This document shows positions 1 through 13,556 of a stretch of DNA of 64,000 nt, piece by piece. The notes beneath the pieces are model-generated. The model searched no databases and was not told the DNA's origin. It was given only the letters and a program-made list of their open reading frames with translations. The first letter of the stretch is position 1, and every line of letters starts with the position of its first letter. The translations under genes and the position numbers were made by a program. Source of the stretch: Octopus sinensis (taxonomy: Eukaryota). The stretch lies in contig NC_043007.1 of the NCBI RefSeq assembly GCF_006345805.1, forward strand, positions 8,494,001 through 8,558,000, in the 5' to 3' direction.

Positions 1-700
1 GCATCTCTATCCTTTTGTACATCAGGTATTTGGGTGATGTTCCTGTTCCTGGATTGCAAACGCATACCCTTCAAAATGGGAGTAGTAATCCGGCTATTGG
101 TCCATGATAGACTGCTTTGATGACCGATGTTACTATCATCACGGAGCTTTCTACTAACATACCCATGCATAGTCTTCTGCTCATAAAGGCTCATCCTTTC
201 CTCTAATGATACGTTGCGGTAGAGATGTACGACATCTTTGGGCATGTATTCTAGGTTATCAGAGAAAGAATGTTGCTCAAAGAGCTGCCTTCCAGGTATT
301 ATGATGCTATCAGCCTCATCTATGCAAACTTGGTCAAGGGATGCACTTAGACGCTTTCTGGTTAAAAGATGTTGCCGAAGGGATATGATGCAACATCCAA
401 AGGCACTTTGGATCGATGCTAAGCCTCTTCCTCCTTGTTTTCGTTTTAGATAGAGGTAATCTACGTTTATGTGGACATTATGTGTGCATGTTAGTATTTT
501 TCAGGTTTTCACATCAATGGGTCGGACCTCTCCAAGCATCCAATGAAGCATCCCAAATGTTGGTATGAGTCCTGGCACTGCAAACACATTGTGGGCCATT
601 GTTTTTATAGAATGCAGAGAATGCTGAGGACCAAATTTTCTTTATTCGGCTGTAATATTCTTTAGTGACAGGTGTTTTGTCATGGGCACCATTGTAAAAT
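1..700 (-). mobile_element. Degenerate R4/Dong-like non-LTR retrotransposon, RT C-terminal region
   Basis: Frameshifted translation KEYYSRIKKIW...HNVFAVP..PTFG..W...IDVKT...YLYLKRKQGGRGL and MHGY...SLSWT; may extend to about 1400. Confidence 0.7.
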
Positions 701-1502
701 CTTTTCATCCACCCCTAAAAAAATCCTTATGATCGTGAATAAAAGGCTTCTTCAGTTAATTCAGCTGAGGATTAACCATTTATTTAACAGTAACTTGTTA
801 AGTGGCGATGATATTTCAATGATTCTGGAGAAATGCGTTCAGAAACGCTTATATATATTCTATTCATGAGATTCTGGTCTGCAACTGACCGGTAGGTTTT
901 CGCCATTTAATTGCCCTTGTGTTGAGTAATGTGTTTTGTTTCTTTCAACGCCTATCTGCTTAATAAATTTATAACAATAAGACACCTCCAATACAAGGTT
1001 AATTTTCTTCCTTCCAGAACCCGACAATCGAAACTTTCCCCACCGTTTTCTTACTCTGAAATTTTAGACCCCTAATCTTAAAGGCTATGCTATTGATGCT
1101 ATATGCTTTTGATGCAGTACAGGGGTAATATATTCCGAATCTCTTCAAACCAAGATTCATCTCAATTCAACTCCTTTCTCTCTTTCCAGATTGCTTTATT
1201 AAATCTCTCTTTATTTATCTATGAAATTGTTGATTGGTTTCGATTAAATTTATTATTATATTTTTTATAGCTACTCTCTTCTGATAATTGAGTTTTTCAA
1301 GGACAGATTTTCAGCTTTATTTATGAGGGATCAATTTATAATCAAAACTTTTCTTTTTATTACCTTCAAGCTTTATTTGTCACTTTCTATAATTTAGAAG
1401 TGTAATTGTGTGTTTGTTTGTTTAACCATTCCCACATAAACGATAGTATTTCTTAAATCACCGTATATCATCGATATTTTTTTCTTTTCTGAAAATCCAT
1501 CA

Positions 1503-1700
1503 GTGAGCTGGAAGAATTGTTACCGCATCAGACAAAATGCTTAGCGGCAGATCTTCCATTTTTACGCTGCAACTTCAAATGTCGCCGAAGCTGACTTTCG
1601 GTGTCGATTAAATAAGTACCAGCTATACACTGGGGTCAATGTAATCGACTAACCCCATCCCCACAAAATTTCAGACCTTGTGCTTATTGTTGAAGACTGT
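1503..1700 (+). mobile_element. SINE family B copy (tRNA-like head, GTCGAT..AAGTACCAG core)
   Basis: Same GAGCTGGCAGAATCGTTAGC head and GGGGTCGATGTAATCGACT body as copies at 10526, 37240 and others. Confidence 0.7.
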
Positions 1701-1959
1701 TATCATTTTCGCTGTTGCTTTGTTTTAAATAAGCTGTTCCAAGTCTCACCCAGAGATCTCCAGTAACAGCAAGTCGGGTGGTTTATTACGGGTGGTTTAT
1801 TACGGGTGTTATTTATAAGTAACTCTGATACACTGCAGGAAAAAGAGACCGGATACTGAGAATTACAATTTCATTAGGAGTTTGTTGTAATATTTGCTAT
1901 TTTGAAAGGGTTTAAAAGATTCAGATATTCTCTGGTTGACAGTGTCTTTCTTAGAATAG

Positions 1960-2140
1960 GGACTACTTGACAGGGTTCCTCTTATGATGTGGGTACTACT
2001 CATGAGAACAATTTTTTGTAAGATCTGCTATTTTGGGTTTCCTGGTATTTTGACCGCAGTACTTAAGACTGCCCTTTGGTATTATCCTCAAAGCCCTGAT
2101 GCTCACAAGGACAGTTGTCGTTCCTGAGCAGACGTTTTAT
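1960..2140 (-). mobile_element. R4/Dong-like element 3' end (restriction-like endonuclease tail remnant)
   Basis: Degenerate ...KIPGNPKIA.L.KIVLMSSTHIIRGTLS. Confidence 0.55.
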
Positions 2141-2340
2141 CAATGTCATTTCTCACCACAATATCTGTTTTATTGGCCTGAATCGATCGATCAGTTTGAA
2201 TACTGAAGTCCGAAAGACATTGTCAACCTAAACCTACAGGATGTTCCAGTCACGACCACGCTGTTCCATTATCTAATGTATCTTACGCTAAGCAAACACA
2301 CACGCACACGTACGCACACACATACACACACACACACACA

Positions 2341-2372
<32 letters not shown>

Positions 2373-2603
2373 CACACACGCACACAGCAAGAAAAACAGT
2401 ATGGTGTTATTTGTGGGAGATTTCGCTGCTATTTTTAGCACGTAGAACGCACGAGCGGCGGGCTGTTTGGTCGGCTCACAGTCGATCTGTGGAATTTGAT
2501 GCCTGTTTCGATATATTCATGAAATGATGCTGAAGATTGTCAAATACCAAACCTGCGGCATCCGTTATGTTTCTGAATAGAATATTCTTGGGGCATTTTC
2601 CTT

Positions 2604-2710
<107 letters not shown>

Positions 2711-3774
2711 AGTAGCAAAAGCATTACAACTGAATTCTGATTCAGACTTTGGTTTCTTTGAGACTACCAAAATATATTGCAGATATTCCAACTCTTATTA
2801 AAGCAAACGTAAACACATTCAAATGATAAAGTCCTCCACTTGTTGTTGTTGTTGCTGTTATTGCTTTCATTGTTGTTGTTCAATCTCCAGGTCGGCCACA
2901 ATTCAACAAAACCACCATGCAATGGCTGCCCTTATCTGTTCAGAAATCAGTAGGACTTCATTATCTCGTGTGTCCTTTCCTTCTTCAAACTAAATAAGAG
3001 CTTACTCTTATTGTGAAAATCCACTCAAGACAAGCAAGGGTGATGGCTGAAAATACGAAGCAGAAAAGAAAAGATTGAAAAGGGGATGACTTCACCGAAA
3101 TCTCAGTTAGTTAAATTTACATATAGAATCGAAAATTTAATCTGATCTTTGCCTGACACGCTGACAGTTATTGACATGCATCGATACTCATCAATGAAGC
3201 GTAATCTCAACTTATTTTTACTTCATAAAATATTACAGAAGGTACGCCGACTGCACATATGAAAGCTGTCTAGTTCTGTTAGCATTTTAATATTCGACTG
3301 TCATTAGCATTTCGCATTCAGTTACACGTCAAAGTAAAACGATAAGAACAAAGATGAACGACTGAATAGTTACAAGGTACAACCTTCTTAATGGAATTAA
3401 TTCTAAAGACGAAGAATTATTTCATTCTAATTACCATTAGCATGCTGAGCCAGAGAGCATTGGCGTGACATTATAAGACAGTTGAATAGTGATATAGAAG
3501 TGCATTTCTAGAGATACTTGAGAGACTTGGATGTTCTTAGTGTATCGATGATGGCGAAACACGAATAAAAGCTCAGCGCAAAAACAAAACAAAACCAACC
3601 GCGTCAGTTTCGATGTTTATATATTTATTCATATTTATGTTCTACGCCAAACAGCGAACATTAACCTCGTTGGTTACAGATCTTTCAACGAGCCAATCAG
3701 TGGTGTGTTGGAAGTTCTTACGGTGTGTGTGTGTGTATGAGAGCAAGAGGGAGAGAGAGAGGGAGAGAGAGAGA

Positions 3775-3819
<45 letters not shown>

Positions 3820-4176
3820 AGGGGGAAAGAGATAACGAGTTGGTGAGATTACAAACATACGTAAATACAAATACGCATTCATAGAAATGTATGTATGCAT
3901 ACATACACGCACACATGTACACACACACACACACACACACACACCACACACACACACACATTCGGGGTATGGAAAAGTAATGTCGGATTTCATGTAACTG
4001 AGTTCAAATCAGAGCATAAAACACATCGTAAACGTACTTATTCATTCGAAATATAATCGCCATCGTTTGGTCATTAACTCGATCCTCATTGGTTGAATGC
4101 AAGGACTTCTTTTATTGGCTTGTACAGTATTGTTGGTATGACGCCACCTGTTTGCTTGAAAGTACATCACTTTTTG

Positions 4177-4217
<41 letters not shown>

Positions 4218-4476
4218 TATACAAATAAGAAAATGGAGAAACAAATTTAGTTTCTTCATCAACTTTCGGATATTATAATGTTGGAATATTTATTCATTTA
4301 ACAAAATGAGAACATCAAAGATATAAGACAAGAATACAAATTATAAAAGTCACGAGTTAATTGCATTGCAATTAAAAACATTTATGTATTAAGAATCTGG
4401 GTACTGTACCAACAGTATATTGGATAAATGCTATCCCTTAGTGGGTTACACCCATAACCCATATCTTACTTTATAC

Positions 4477-4510
<34 letters not shown>

Positions 4511-4514
<4 letters not shown>

Positions 4515-4712
4515 TAATCCAAACAAGAAAGCACAAAGAGAAAACACAACAACGCGAGGACGTGGAACAAATATAGTATTATTGGACGCTCAGGAAAGAA
4601 GGAGGGTTTAACGTTTCGAGCGGAGCTCTTCGTCGGAAACATAGGAGAAGGAAAGATCCAGAGAAGGGAAGACAGAGGAAAAAAATCGCCAGCGGTACAC
4701 ACGAGGTCACAT
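4511..4712 (-). mobile_element. Penelope-like terminal fragment carrying a hammerhead-like motif
   Basis: Minus strand GTTT-CCGACGA-AGAGCTCCGCTC-GAAACGTT-AAAC next to (TA)n. Confidence 0.55.
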
Positions 4713-4747
4713 GGGATTACACAACCCTGGCAGATATCAAGTATATA

Positions 4748-5140
4748 GGCGCAGTCATGGCTGTGTGGTAAGAAGCTTGCTTCCCAACCACATGGTTCTG
4801 GTTTCAGTCCCACTGCGTGGTACCTTAGATAAATGTCTTCTAGTACATCCTCGAGCTGAACAAAGCCTTGTGAATGGATTTGGTAGATGGAAACTGAAAG
4901 AAGCCCGTCATATATAATGTTTGTGTGTGTGTGTGTGTGTCTGTGTGCGTCTTTGTTCCTCACCACCGCTTGACAATTGGTGTTTGTGTGTTTACATAGG
5001 AGTAACTTAGCGATTCAGCAAAAATGACCGATAGAATAAGTATTACGCTTTAAAAGATAAGTCCTGAGGTGGGTCGATTTATTCGACTTCAAGGCGATGT
5101 CTCAGCGAATGACTAAAACAAGTAAAAAAAAAGAAGATAA
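4748..5140 (+). mobile_element. SINE family A copy (tRNA-derived head)
   Basis: GGCTGTGTGGTAAGAAGCTTGCTTCCCAACCACATGGTTC head (A/B-box-like), internal (TG)n, AACAAGTAAAA tail; more than 10 related copies in window. Confidence 0.8.
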
Positions 5141-5372
5141 AAGATATATAAATTTATACAACAACAACATGGAATAAACAGGTTTTAATTGCAAATTGCA
5201 ACATTTGTTTCTGTACAGTGGCAATAGCTGCAAGTTGCTGAGTTTTCATTCTCATACCGTTACATAAATGATTTTATGAATAATTACATAAATGAATATA
5301 ATTCCTCAACAACTGTGTGCCGGAATTTCCTCAGGTGGGTTGTTTCTAAAGTATTATATATATATATATATA

Positions 5373-6160
5373 CAAAGTCTGATCAATAAGTATCCGGTCT
5401 GTTGCCATAGTAACTAAGCTAAAGCATGCAGAGTGAAGCTGCATGGCAAAGATTGACCTTAAACTCTGCTGTGCATGCGCACTAAGTTTTAACGTTCAAG
5501 CTCACTTCGGCTGTTTACAACACTGCTTGGAATGAACGTGTGTAGCGTGTGATCGTCGCACTGACCATGACAGAGAAAGATGTCATGGTGATACCTGCTC
5601 AGAGGCCTGCACAAAGTTGCAGAAAGTGTACGGAGAGGAGTGCATGAGCCGCACACAAGTGTACGAGTGGTTCAGATGTTTCCAAGATGCCCCCAAAACT
5701 GCCGATATTGACGAACTTCTAGGAGATCCACAACCAGCAGAACTGAGAAAAACATCGCAGATGTACGTGCAGCTGTGAGGGGGAAATCGTCGAATCACCA
5801 TCCGTGAGTTATCAGAGGATGTGTAGTTCGGTTACCGTTCAGTTCTGTCTATTATCAATGAAAATTTAGGTATGAGACGCGTGTCTGCCAAGTTTGTGTC
5901 AAAACTGCTTTCAGCTGACCAAAATGGAATTCGGGTTTCAGTCGCACAAGAACTTGATTCTGTCGAGAACGATGAAGACTCTTTTGAAAACTTTGCGTAG
6001 GCCTTTGAACCGGTATCACCAAGCTTTTAGCAAAGTTTGATGTAGATTCTTTGCTCAACTTTCTCTGTCATGGTCAGTGCGACGATCACACGCTACACAC
6101 CTTCCTTCCAAGCACTGTTGTAAACAGAGGGAGTGAGCTAGAACGTTAAAACTTAGTGCG
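5373..6160 (+). mobile_element. Mariner-family DNA transposon derivative (transposase N-terminal HTH, foldback right end)
   Basis: Starts after TA; translation LQKVYGEECMSRTQVYEWF...NRRITIRELSE...LGMRRVSAKFVSKLL with stops; 6011-6160 is an inverted copy of the 5' region. Confidence 0.85.
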
Positions 6161-8589
6161 TCCATCAAATTCCACTCGGCATTGTTCAACCCAAATCTAT
6201 GATACAAGCCCAAGGTCTCTCGAAGTGAGACCGAACCCAGAACAACTTCGTTGCAAGGTGAATTTATTTTTAGTACACTCACCACATATTACTTGTATTC
6301 TAGAAACAGCCTTCCCTATGATCGTTATCTATCTTCCTTCATAGGTCAGAGCTGTGGAACAGAAGCTATGCTCCAAGAATATGAAGCAATCGATCTAGTT
6401 TTAGTTTTGGGTTGTTGCATTTTTATTTCACCTGCATTTTAAATTCTCCTGAAAAGAATATGGATGTCTTATCTACTTCTGAAAAATTCTGCGATTTCAA
6501 ATTCACGTACGGAAGCCAACTAAGAAGCTTTCCTATGTGAAACTACGGAGAGACCTTGTCGCATAAAAAATAAAGAAAGACAATTTATATGGAAAAACTA
6601 TTGGTTTTAAGAAAACAAAATCCGTTCTTCGGAATCGGCCAGAAATATATACTGTCCTCATATGATATCACTCCTTTAAGAAGCTAAATATTTTGCATTA
6701 TTAAAGAAATAAATATAAGTTATTTTCTGTTGAGCATATTTTTTTCTTATAAATATACCAGGTAAATTTGCTGTAAAGAATCACTTTTAAGTCATCACAG
6801 CCCATATAATTTTTTACTGAAATTTCAAAGGCTACACACAACCAAAGAAATGGCAAATTGAAATAAAAAAAAAATGTCCGTCTCAAAGTACGGAAATACG
6901 GAAGCCAACTACTTTTAAGGAAGTCAGTTTCTATTACAGGATAATGAACACTTGGAACCAGAAGAAAATTTAAAAAAAAGGAACAAAAATTTATTGTATG
7001 TACTTTACGGTGAATTCCACTTGAAAGATTTTAATTAGAAAGAAAAAAATGAAAGAGACAATTTCTTTTCTACATTTCAACATTTTTATATGTTGTAAAA
7101 TTAAATTTGGAGAGAAATTATCGTTATGTTTCTTTATATTTGTATGAAATAAAGAAATGTAATTTTAAAAAAATCTATAGCAAAGAACTGTACATTTTCT
7201 TAGAAGGAAAAAATACTTGCTTAACTCACTGAAGCATCAGCTCATAAGTTTAAGCACAAATCTGAAAAACAAACATGTCACACTCCTCTGTGCAACTTTT
7301 CCCCCTAAAATAGAAGCATTTTCTTTTCTTTTTTGTAAATTTGGAATATTTTTAGTGGCAGATTTCTGGAGGTTCGTATCTTGTCTCCACTGACTTACTC
7401 AGCCTTTCGAAGGCTTTCGTCGATTCGGCTTTACCATATTTATATATTTCCCATTCCCCACTCTTAAATATTGCGCCAATGTCCTAAGTTAAAAATCTCT
7501 AAAGAATGATGATTTCAAATTTTGGTCCAACTGTTTTTGAGGAGAAAGAATCTTTGCTCAGTTCTTTGCCGGTTTTAGACCAATGTTTGATGAATTGGGA
7601 TACGACATTTGTCTCTCCCCACCCCTTAAGAGTATAGAAATAGAAGATAGACACCATCTCTGTTGTTGTTATGTTGGTATTTAGCTCCAATTAGCCTTGA
7701 TAGACCAGAACTATGATAAAAACTGTTCCAGTCGTGACCATCGCGTTATTTTGTATATCTAGCCTTACAGTGTCCAATGTACCCTTCCATTTAAAAAAAA
7801 AAAAAAACGATAGGTTGAGATTTAAAAGAATTTTGTCTGCTATTATTAACAAATTCGAATGACGCATAAAGCAGTGCGTGCCAAACCTTTTTTACCATTG
7901 TACTGACAGTTTTTCAAGATCATCTTTCTTTTACCAACCGTTTTTCAACGGCCCCTTACAACGATTCAACAAAATTAAATACACCGCGTATACATATGAA
8001 TATATATACACACGAACAAGTCAGGACATTACCTAACGCTACAGGTGCACTGACCGTCTTTATTGCATGTATGCTTAGTGCCAAACGACGGAGATCCGCC
8101 ATGATAGACTAACGCCCACTTTAGCCATAATTATATACGTTTCTGGTCAAAATTGACAGAAGGAGACAACCCTGATACGTTAATTCCAATCAACTCAATA
8201 TGAGATGCTATTTAGTGTATCCGAATGTCTTCCTTCATCAAACTAGTAGGAAAATATTTTGTCATCGTAACCTTGGCTCACCGACGTTTAATCTAGAAGA
8301 AAACCCATACTTTTCAAAGCAACTTTTGGTGACGTGATTTTCTGCAAGTTTAGGGAAAATATTCACAAAGCCAGGCAGGTAGAAATATATGTGTCTTATC
8401 TCACGCAACAATTACAACGGAAACAGCCCGACGGCTAAAGATGTTTCTCCTTTTCTAGCATAAATGAAAGGATCTTTACTAGTTTAAATGCACTTAAGCA
8501 TTCTGGTTAGTATCCAAGTTAATTTCTACCGAATTCTTCCCTTCAAAACGATATTTCACCGCGATTATGCAAGCAATGCATTTTAGAGC

Positions 8590-8620
<31 letters not shown>

Positions 8621-10284
8621 TGTATGTATGTATGTATGTGTTTATGTATGTATGTGTTTATGTATGTACTTTCTCTAACAGTGCAGTTATTTACTTCCTC
8701 CTTTGGTTAAATTACGCACATATTTAAACACATACTGATGCATCTCAACACACACACAGACACACACAGACATACACAGACATACACAGAGGCACACACA
8801 TATATATATATATATATATATGCATGCGTGTATGTGTGTATATATGAATATTAACATCCGATTGAAGTTATTACCAAGTGGTTTCATGCCAAAAATGGAA
8901 AGGTAAATTTAGCAATCATCAGATATGGCTAAATGAGAAAGAAAGCGCAGGGATGTTTGCTACTCGTGGCCTGAAAACACCACATCCGGTCTTTAGGTTT
9001 CATGAATGAAAGAACAGCCACAAGAGGTAGACTAACGGAGCAAAACAACAAAACGGATAAGGCTCTCTTAAACCCATAGTATTTTTGTCCCCTGCCTTGC
9101 TCCCTTTTAGTCAGCTATCTGCAGGTGTCACACCGTAGTCAGGTTTTTTTTTTGAGGGGAAAGTCGGTCGTCAGTGAAACTTCGAAGTCTCAGTCAACAT
9201 ATTCCTTGTAAAAATATATTTTGTTTTCTGCTTCAATATTCTAACCCAACCTTTAGTTAATATTTGTCTGTTTCAATTTATGATCGAACGTAAAAAAAAC
9301 CACATTAAAATAGTGGGAAGGGTTGAATATTTTCTCAAGGCTTTTTATATTTTGTTATATATTAAATCACAGGGCGTGTAATTGACACAGCCGTAGTTTC
9401 TAGTACCTTCGAGTAAAACTCGACTTAAGTTTTCTCTGTTTAATGAAGCCGGTGTTGTTTAATTGTTCTGAATTAGCGATCAAATTGTTACACTGTAGAA
9501 AATAAGTTTTTGTTTACCCCATGCTACTAAATTTCCTATATTTGCCAATCTATTGTTCTTTTACCCAATTTTTTTTTCATATGCAATTGTTTTAATTTTC
9601 TTTTGTCTTTATCTTTCAATAATATAAAAAAATAAATAATGATTTTTAATATTAATGAAGAAGCAATACAAAGCCTTATTAGGAAATAAACTTATAAATA
9701 AAACATTAGCTTTTGATAATGGTAACGAAGAGAACGAAGACGTATCCGAACACTCTGATATTGTTACTGACTCTGATCAAAGCGGCTTTGAAAGCGATGT
9801 TGATTATACTAAACTTTAATACAACATTGTTTCGTTATTTTTGGCAGTAATGTAAATTTTTATTTCTTATTTTCCCAACTAGGAAATTTTATTATAATGA
9901 GTGTATTTCTACGTGTATATATATTGTTTATTTGTCGATAATATATAGAATATATAAAATATATCATATGCTGACTTTAATTTTATGGTTATTGTTTTTA
10001 GAAAACAAAAGCTATTTTTACTATTTTTCAACGTAAAAATATATGAATTTCAATCATCTTTTTTTTGCGTTTTAATATTTTTTTTCTCATTTTAAATTGA
10101 AAATTTCTCCTTTTATACTATGTCTCTCTTTTAACTTTACTAACGTGGCATAAAACATAGACATAATGTAGACGCAATACTCTGCATATTAAATGTAGGA
10201 AGAAAAAATAATAGAGCTTACTTCTGCCGCCCCCACCTTTTGATCCTCTCTTCATACACACATCAACATATAGAGATACTTCCT

Positions 10285-10780
10285 GGCGTAGGCACAAAGC
10301 CTGAAATTTTGAGAGAGAAGGCTAGTCGCTTTCGTCGACCACAGAACTTGACTGGTACTTATGTTATCAACCCCAAAGGAGCAGAAGGAGAAGCCGACCT
10401 CAACGGAATTTGAACTCAGAGCAAGAACAGACAGAGGAAATACCGCCAGGCATTGGGTCCAGCGTGCTAACGATGCTTTCCGCTCGCCATCTTACAAATA
10501 AAAGCAATGATAATTTTTGATGGGAAGGCGGCGAGCTGGCAGAATCGTTAGCGCGCCGGACGAAATGCCGCTACTTTTGAGTTTAAATTCCGCCGAGGTC
10601 CAATTTCATACTTTCGGGGTCGATTAAATAAATACCAGTTACGCACTGGGGTCGATATAATCGACTTAATCCGTTTGTTTGTCCTTGTTCGTCCCCTCTG
10701 TGTTTTGCCCTTTGTGGGTAGTAAAGAAATAGGTATTTCGTCTGCCGTTACGTTCTGAGTTCAAATTCCGCCGAGGTCGA
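10285..10780. mobile_element. Two SINE family B copies head-to-head (10285-10490 minus, 10526-10780 plus)
   Basis: Reverse-complement matches of GGCGAGCTGGCAGAA..GTTAGC and GAGTTCAAATTCCG..GAGGTC. Confidence 0.75.
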
Positions 10781-11059
10781 CAGAAAGTCAGAAATGCTAT
10801 TGAAAACGAGGAAGCACAAGATGGAGCAATCACTGTGTGTGTGTGTGCGTGTGCGTGTGTCCTAGTGGTTAAGGTGACGCACTCATAATCGCAAAATCGT
10901 GGTTTCGATTCCAAAGCCGGCTGCTTTTTGCGTTCTTGAGCAAAACCTTTCATTTCATGTTCTTCTAGTTCATTTAGGTGTTTGTCCCCTCTATGTTTAG
11001 CCCCTTGTGGGCAATAAAGAAATATATAATTTTTATTTCTGGTTTAATCTCGAAAAGAA

Positions 11060-12130
11060 CCGCACACTAATCAAATGATAATTTCAATAGATTTTTTAGT
11101 TTTCTTTCAAAGAACTGTGGACAAAACCCTTCACCTAAAGACATTGTGGTAGGAAAACCAAAACTGAACTACTTTTGACTGTAGTGTCGGAAGATACTGT
11201 TGATAAACCCCAAAGTGACTACGAAGGGATTTCGGAATCAAACTTTGCTTCTCAGCAATGATTTGTTTTTAAAATAGCGATTCCCTTTTCTGGACGGAAA
11301 ATCAGTTATTATATGTTTTTCTTCACGGTAAAGCAATTTCGCATTTGTTCAGTAGAAAAGAGTATGGCCTAAAGTAGTAAAGTACTTCCCGAAGCTATTT
11401 GAAATGTCAGCCGAGTGATCTTTCAAATCAACTTTTATAAGTTCAGGCATATTTTCAGTGATCAAAGATAAATCCTAACCCGCAAAACTGAGTAATTCGT
11501 TTTGTCAAGACGCCTCATCAAAAGATATAAGTTTCCACGCAAAGAAACAAATCTATTTCTTTGGAGTTCTTGTGTGTATTTTTGGCTGATTGATGAGTAA
11601 AATTTCCTCTATCTATTTCCACCCAAAATATTAGGCAAAATAAACGGGAAGTTCACACGACGATACCAAATAGATTAGTAAATATAGATCTTTTCTCTCT
11701 TAAAAAAACTTATATAGCAATTCATCAACGGGAATGAGGAATTTGTCAAGAGATAATCAGAGAATTCTGTACGATAAAGCTTTGTTGCATATTCTGCGAC
11801 CATTTCTTTAATGTGCTACTGGAGAAGTTCACAGTTTTGATTGCATCTTCAAAAACATCTTTGTAATAGGTTTGAAGACATTTTGGCCCCAAAACGTATA
11901 AAACAATAATCAGTATAAGAACTGTTTTGTCTTATAGTGAAATCATTTCCTTTGACCCATCATGCAAGGAGGACAATCAACAAACACTTATGAAGCGTGA
12001 CACCAATGTCTTTCTGACGTTTCTAGAAGTCTACAAACTCGTCTTCTATATTGAAGACATCTTTTCCTTTTACAGTTGTAGACAATTCATTAAAAAATGA
12101 CAAGGATAATTCTTTTCGCTGTTCACATTC
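11060..12130 (-). mobile_element. Highly decayed hAT (Charlie/Buster-like) transposase remnant
   Basis: Fragments MMGQRK, DVFEDAIKTVNF, LYRTE and FPTT..GEGF occur in the order expected for hAT transposases; many stops and frameshifts. Confidence 0.5.
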
Positions 12131-12494
12131 AGTGTAACGGGTGGAACAACGCAGTGTAACGGGTGGAACAATGCAGCATCAGTTTCGTTAATTCTATAAA
12201 TTACTTGTCGCTACATATTCAATGTTAGTTACCATATTGTTCGATGCCGGTCTGTACGGTTCTTAAGCCCAATAGAGTTCGCAATTCTAAAGAGATTGTT
12301 CGCAGTTCTTGTAGGTTCTCTCTCGTCTTGTCGTCAGAGTAATGTCTCTGCTTATCTTCTGCGCTGTGGTTCGATATCACTTTATCGTCTTTACTTTCGT
12401 TTTTTTATACTGTAATTGTTTTTCCCTTTCGTTCTAAAACTGAAACTTCTAGCAGAACACCTCTCGCACGCACGCACACACGCAAACACACTTA

Positions 12495-12556
<62 letters not shown>

Positions 12557-13245
12557 TGGGGACAAAGACGAGCAAGAGAGAGAGGATTTAACAAGGTTAA
12601 ATCGTGTTGACAAAAGAGACCAACAAGCCAAACAGTCAGTCAACTTGCTAGAAATAACAGTGAAATCTGCCCACAAACAGACCCTACAGTAATTATCAAA
12701 GGAAATATACATTGTATAATGCAATCCTGCATATGAGAAGGGATGGTCAGTCTGGAGCACCGACTGGACGATGGAAAGTCAGCGTATAATTTGTTAACGG
12801 TGACCATCTTGCCTGTCGGAATTTAATGTGGAAGGGGAAGCTTCTATGAAGATTTCTTGACAGCCAGGAACTTTATAATCACACCTTCGTGTCTTTAAAA
12901 CGGGCAGAAACATTGGATAATGTAGTTTTCCAATGATACCTTATAAGGACCGGATGACCACGATTGGGTGGCTTTTGAAGAGAAGTCTGATCAATCATGG
13001 CTGACATTGGGAACAAGAGCAGCAGCAGCAGCAACCTCAACAAAATTGTCAGGAATAACGAATATACTGGGCAGTCGACAGAATTTATGTTTGTGTGAGT
13101 TCCTGCGCAGAAGGAACGTCTTAGACAGATGTCCATTGCAGTTCGTGGGTTCTAGACAGCAGTAAGTGCAACGTTGAAGCGAATATATTGAAATATCGAT
13201 TTATTGATTTCTCAAATGAGTGACTGACCGACATGTGTATCCATG

Positions 13246-13285
<40 letters not shown>

Positions 13286-13313
13286 TATATGTTTATGTAT
13301 AGATGCATATTTA

Positions 13314-13345
<32 letters not shown>

Positions 13346-13525
13346 AATGTATATATACATGCATGCAAGCACGCACACTAACACACGCGCGCGCGCACAC
13401 ACACACGTATACATAGAGGGTAGATCGATAGACCGTTAGATAGATATAAATAGACAGATTGTCCTTATTCAAGTATTCAACGACAAATATTGAATAGATA
13501 GCGTGCATCATTGTGGATTTTACGA

Positions 13526-13556
<31 letters not shown>

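Noticed and set aside
6508-6911. 15-bp direct repeat TACGGAAGCCAACTA at 6508 and 6897
   Set aside because: Too short and without termini to define an element; probably transposon subterminal debris
12700-13010. Gypsy integrase remnant (RGHP..IR..W on minus strand)
   Set aside because: Only a faint motif; too degenerate to call without a profile search
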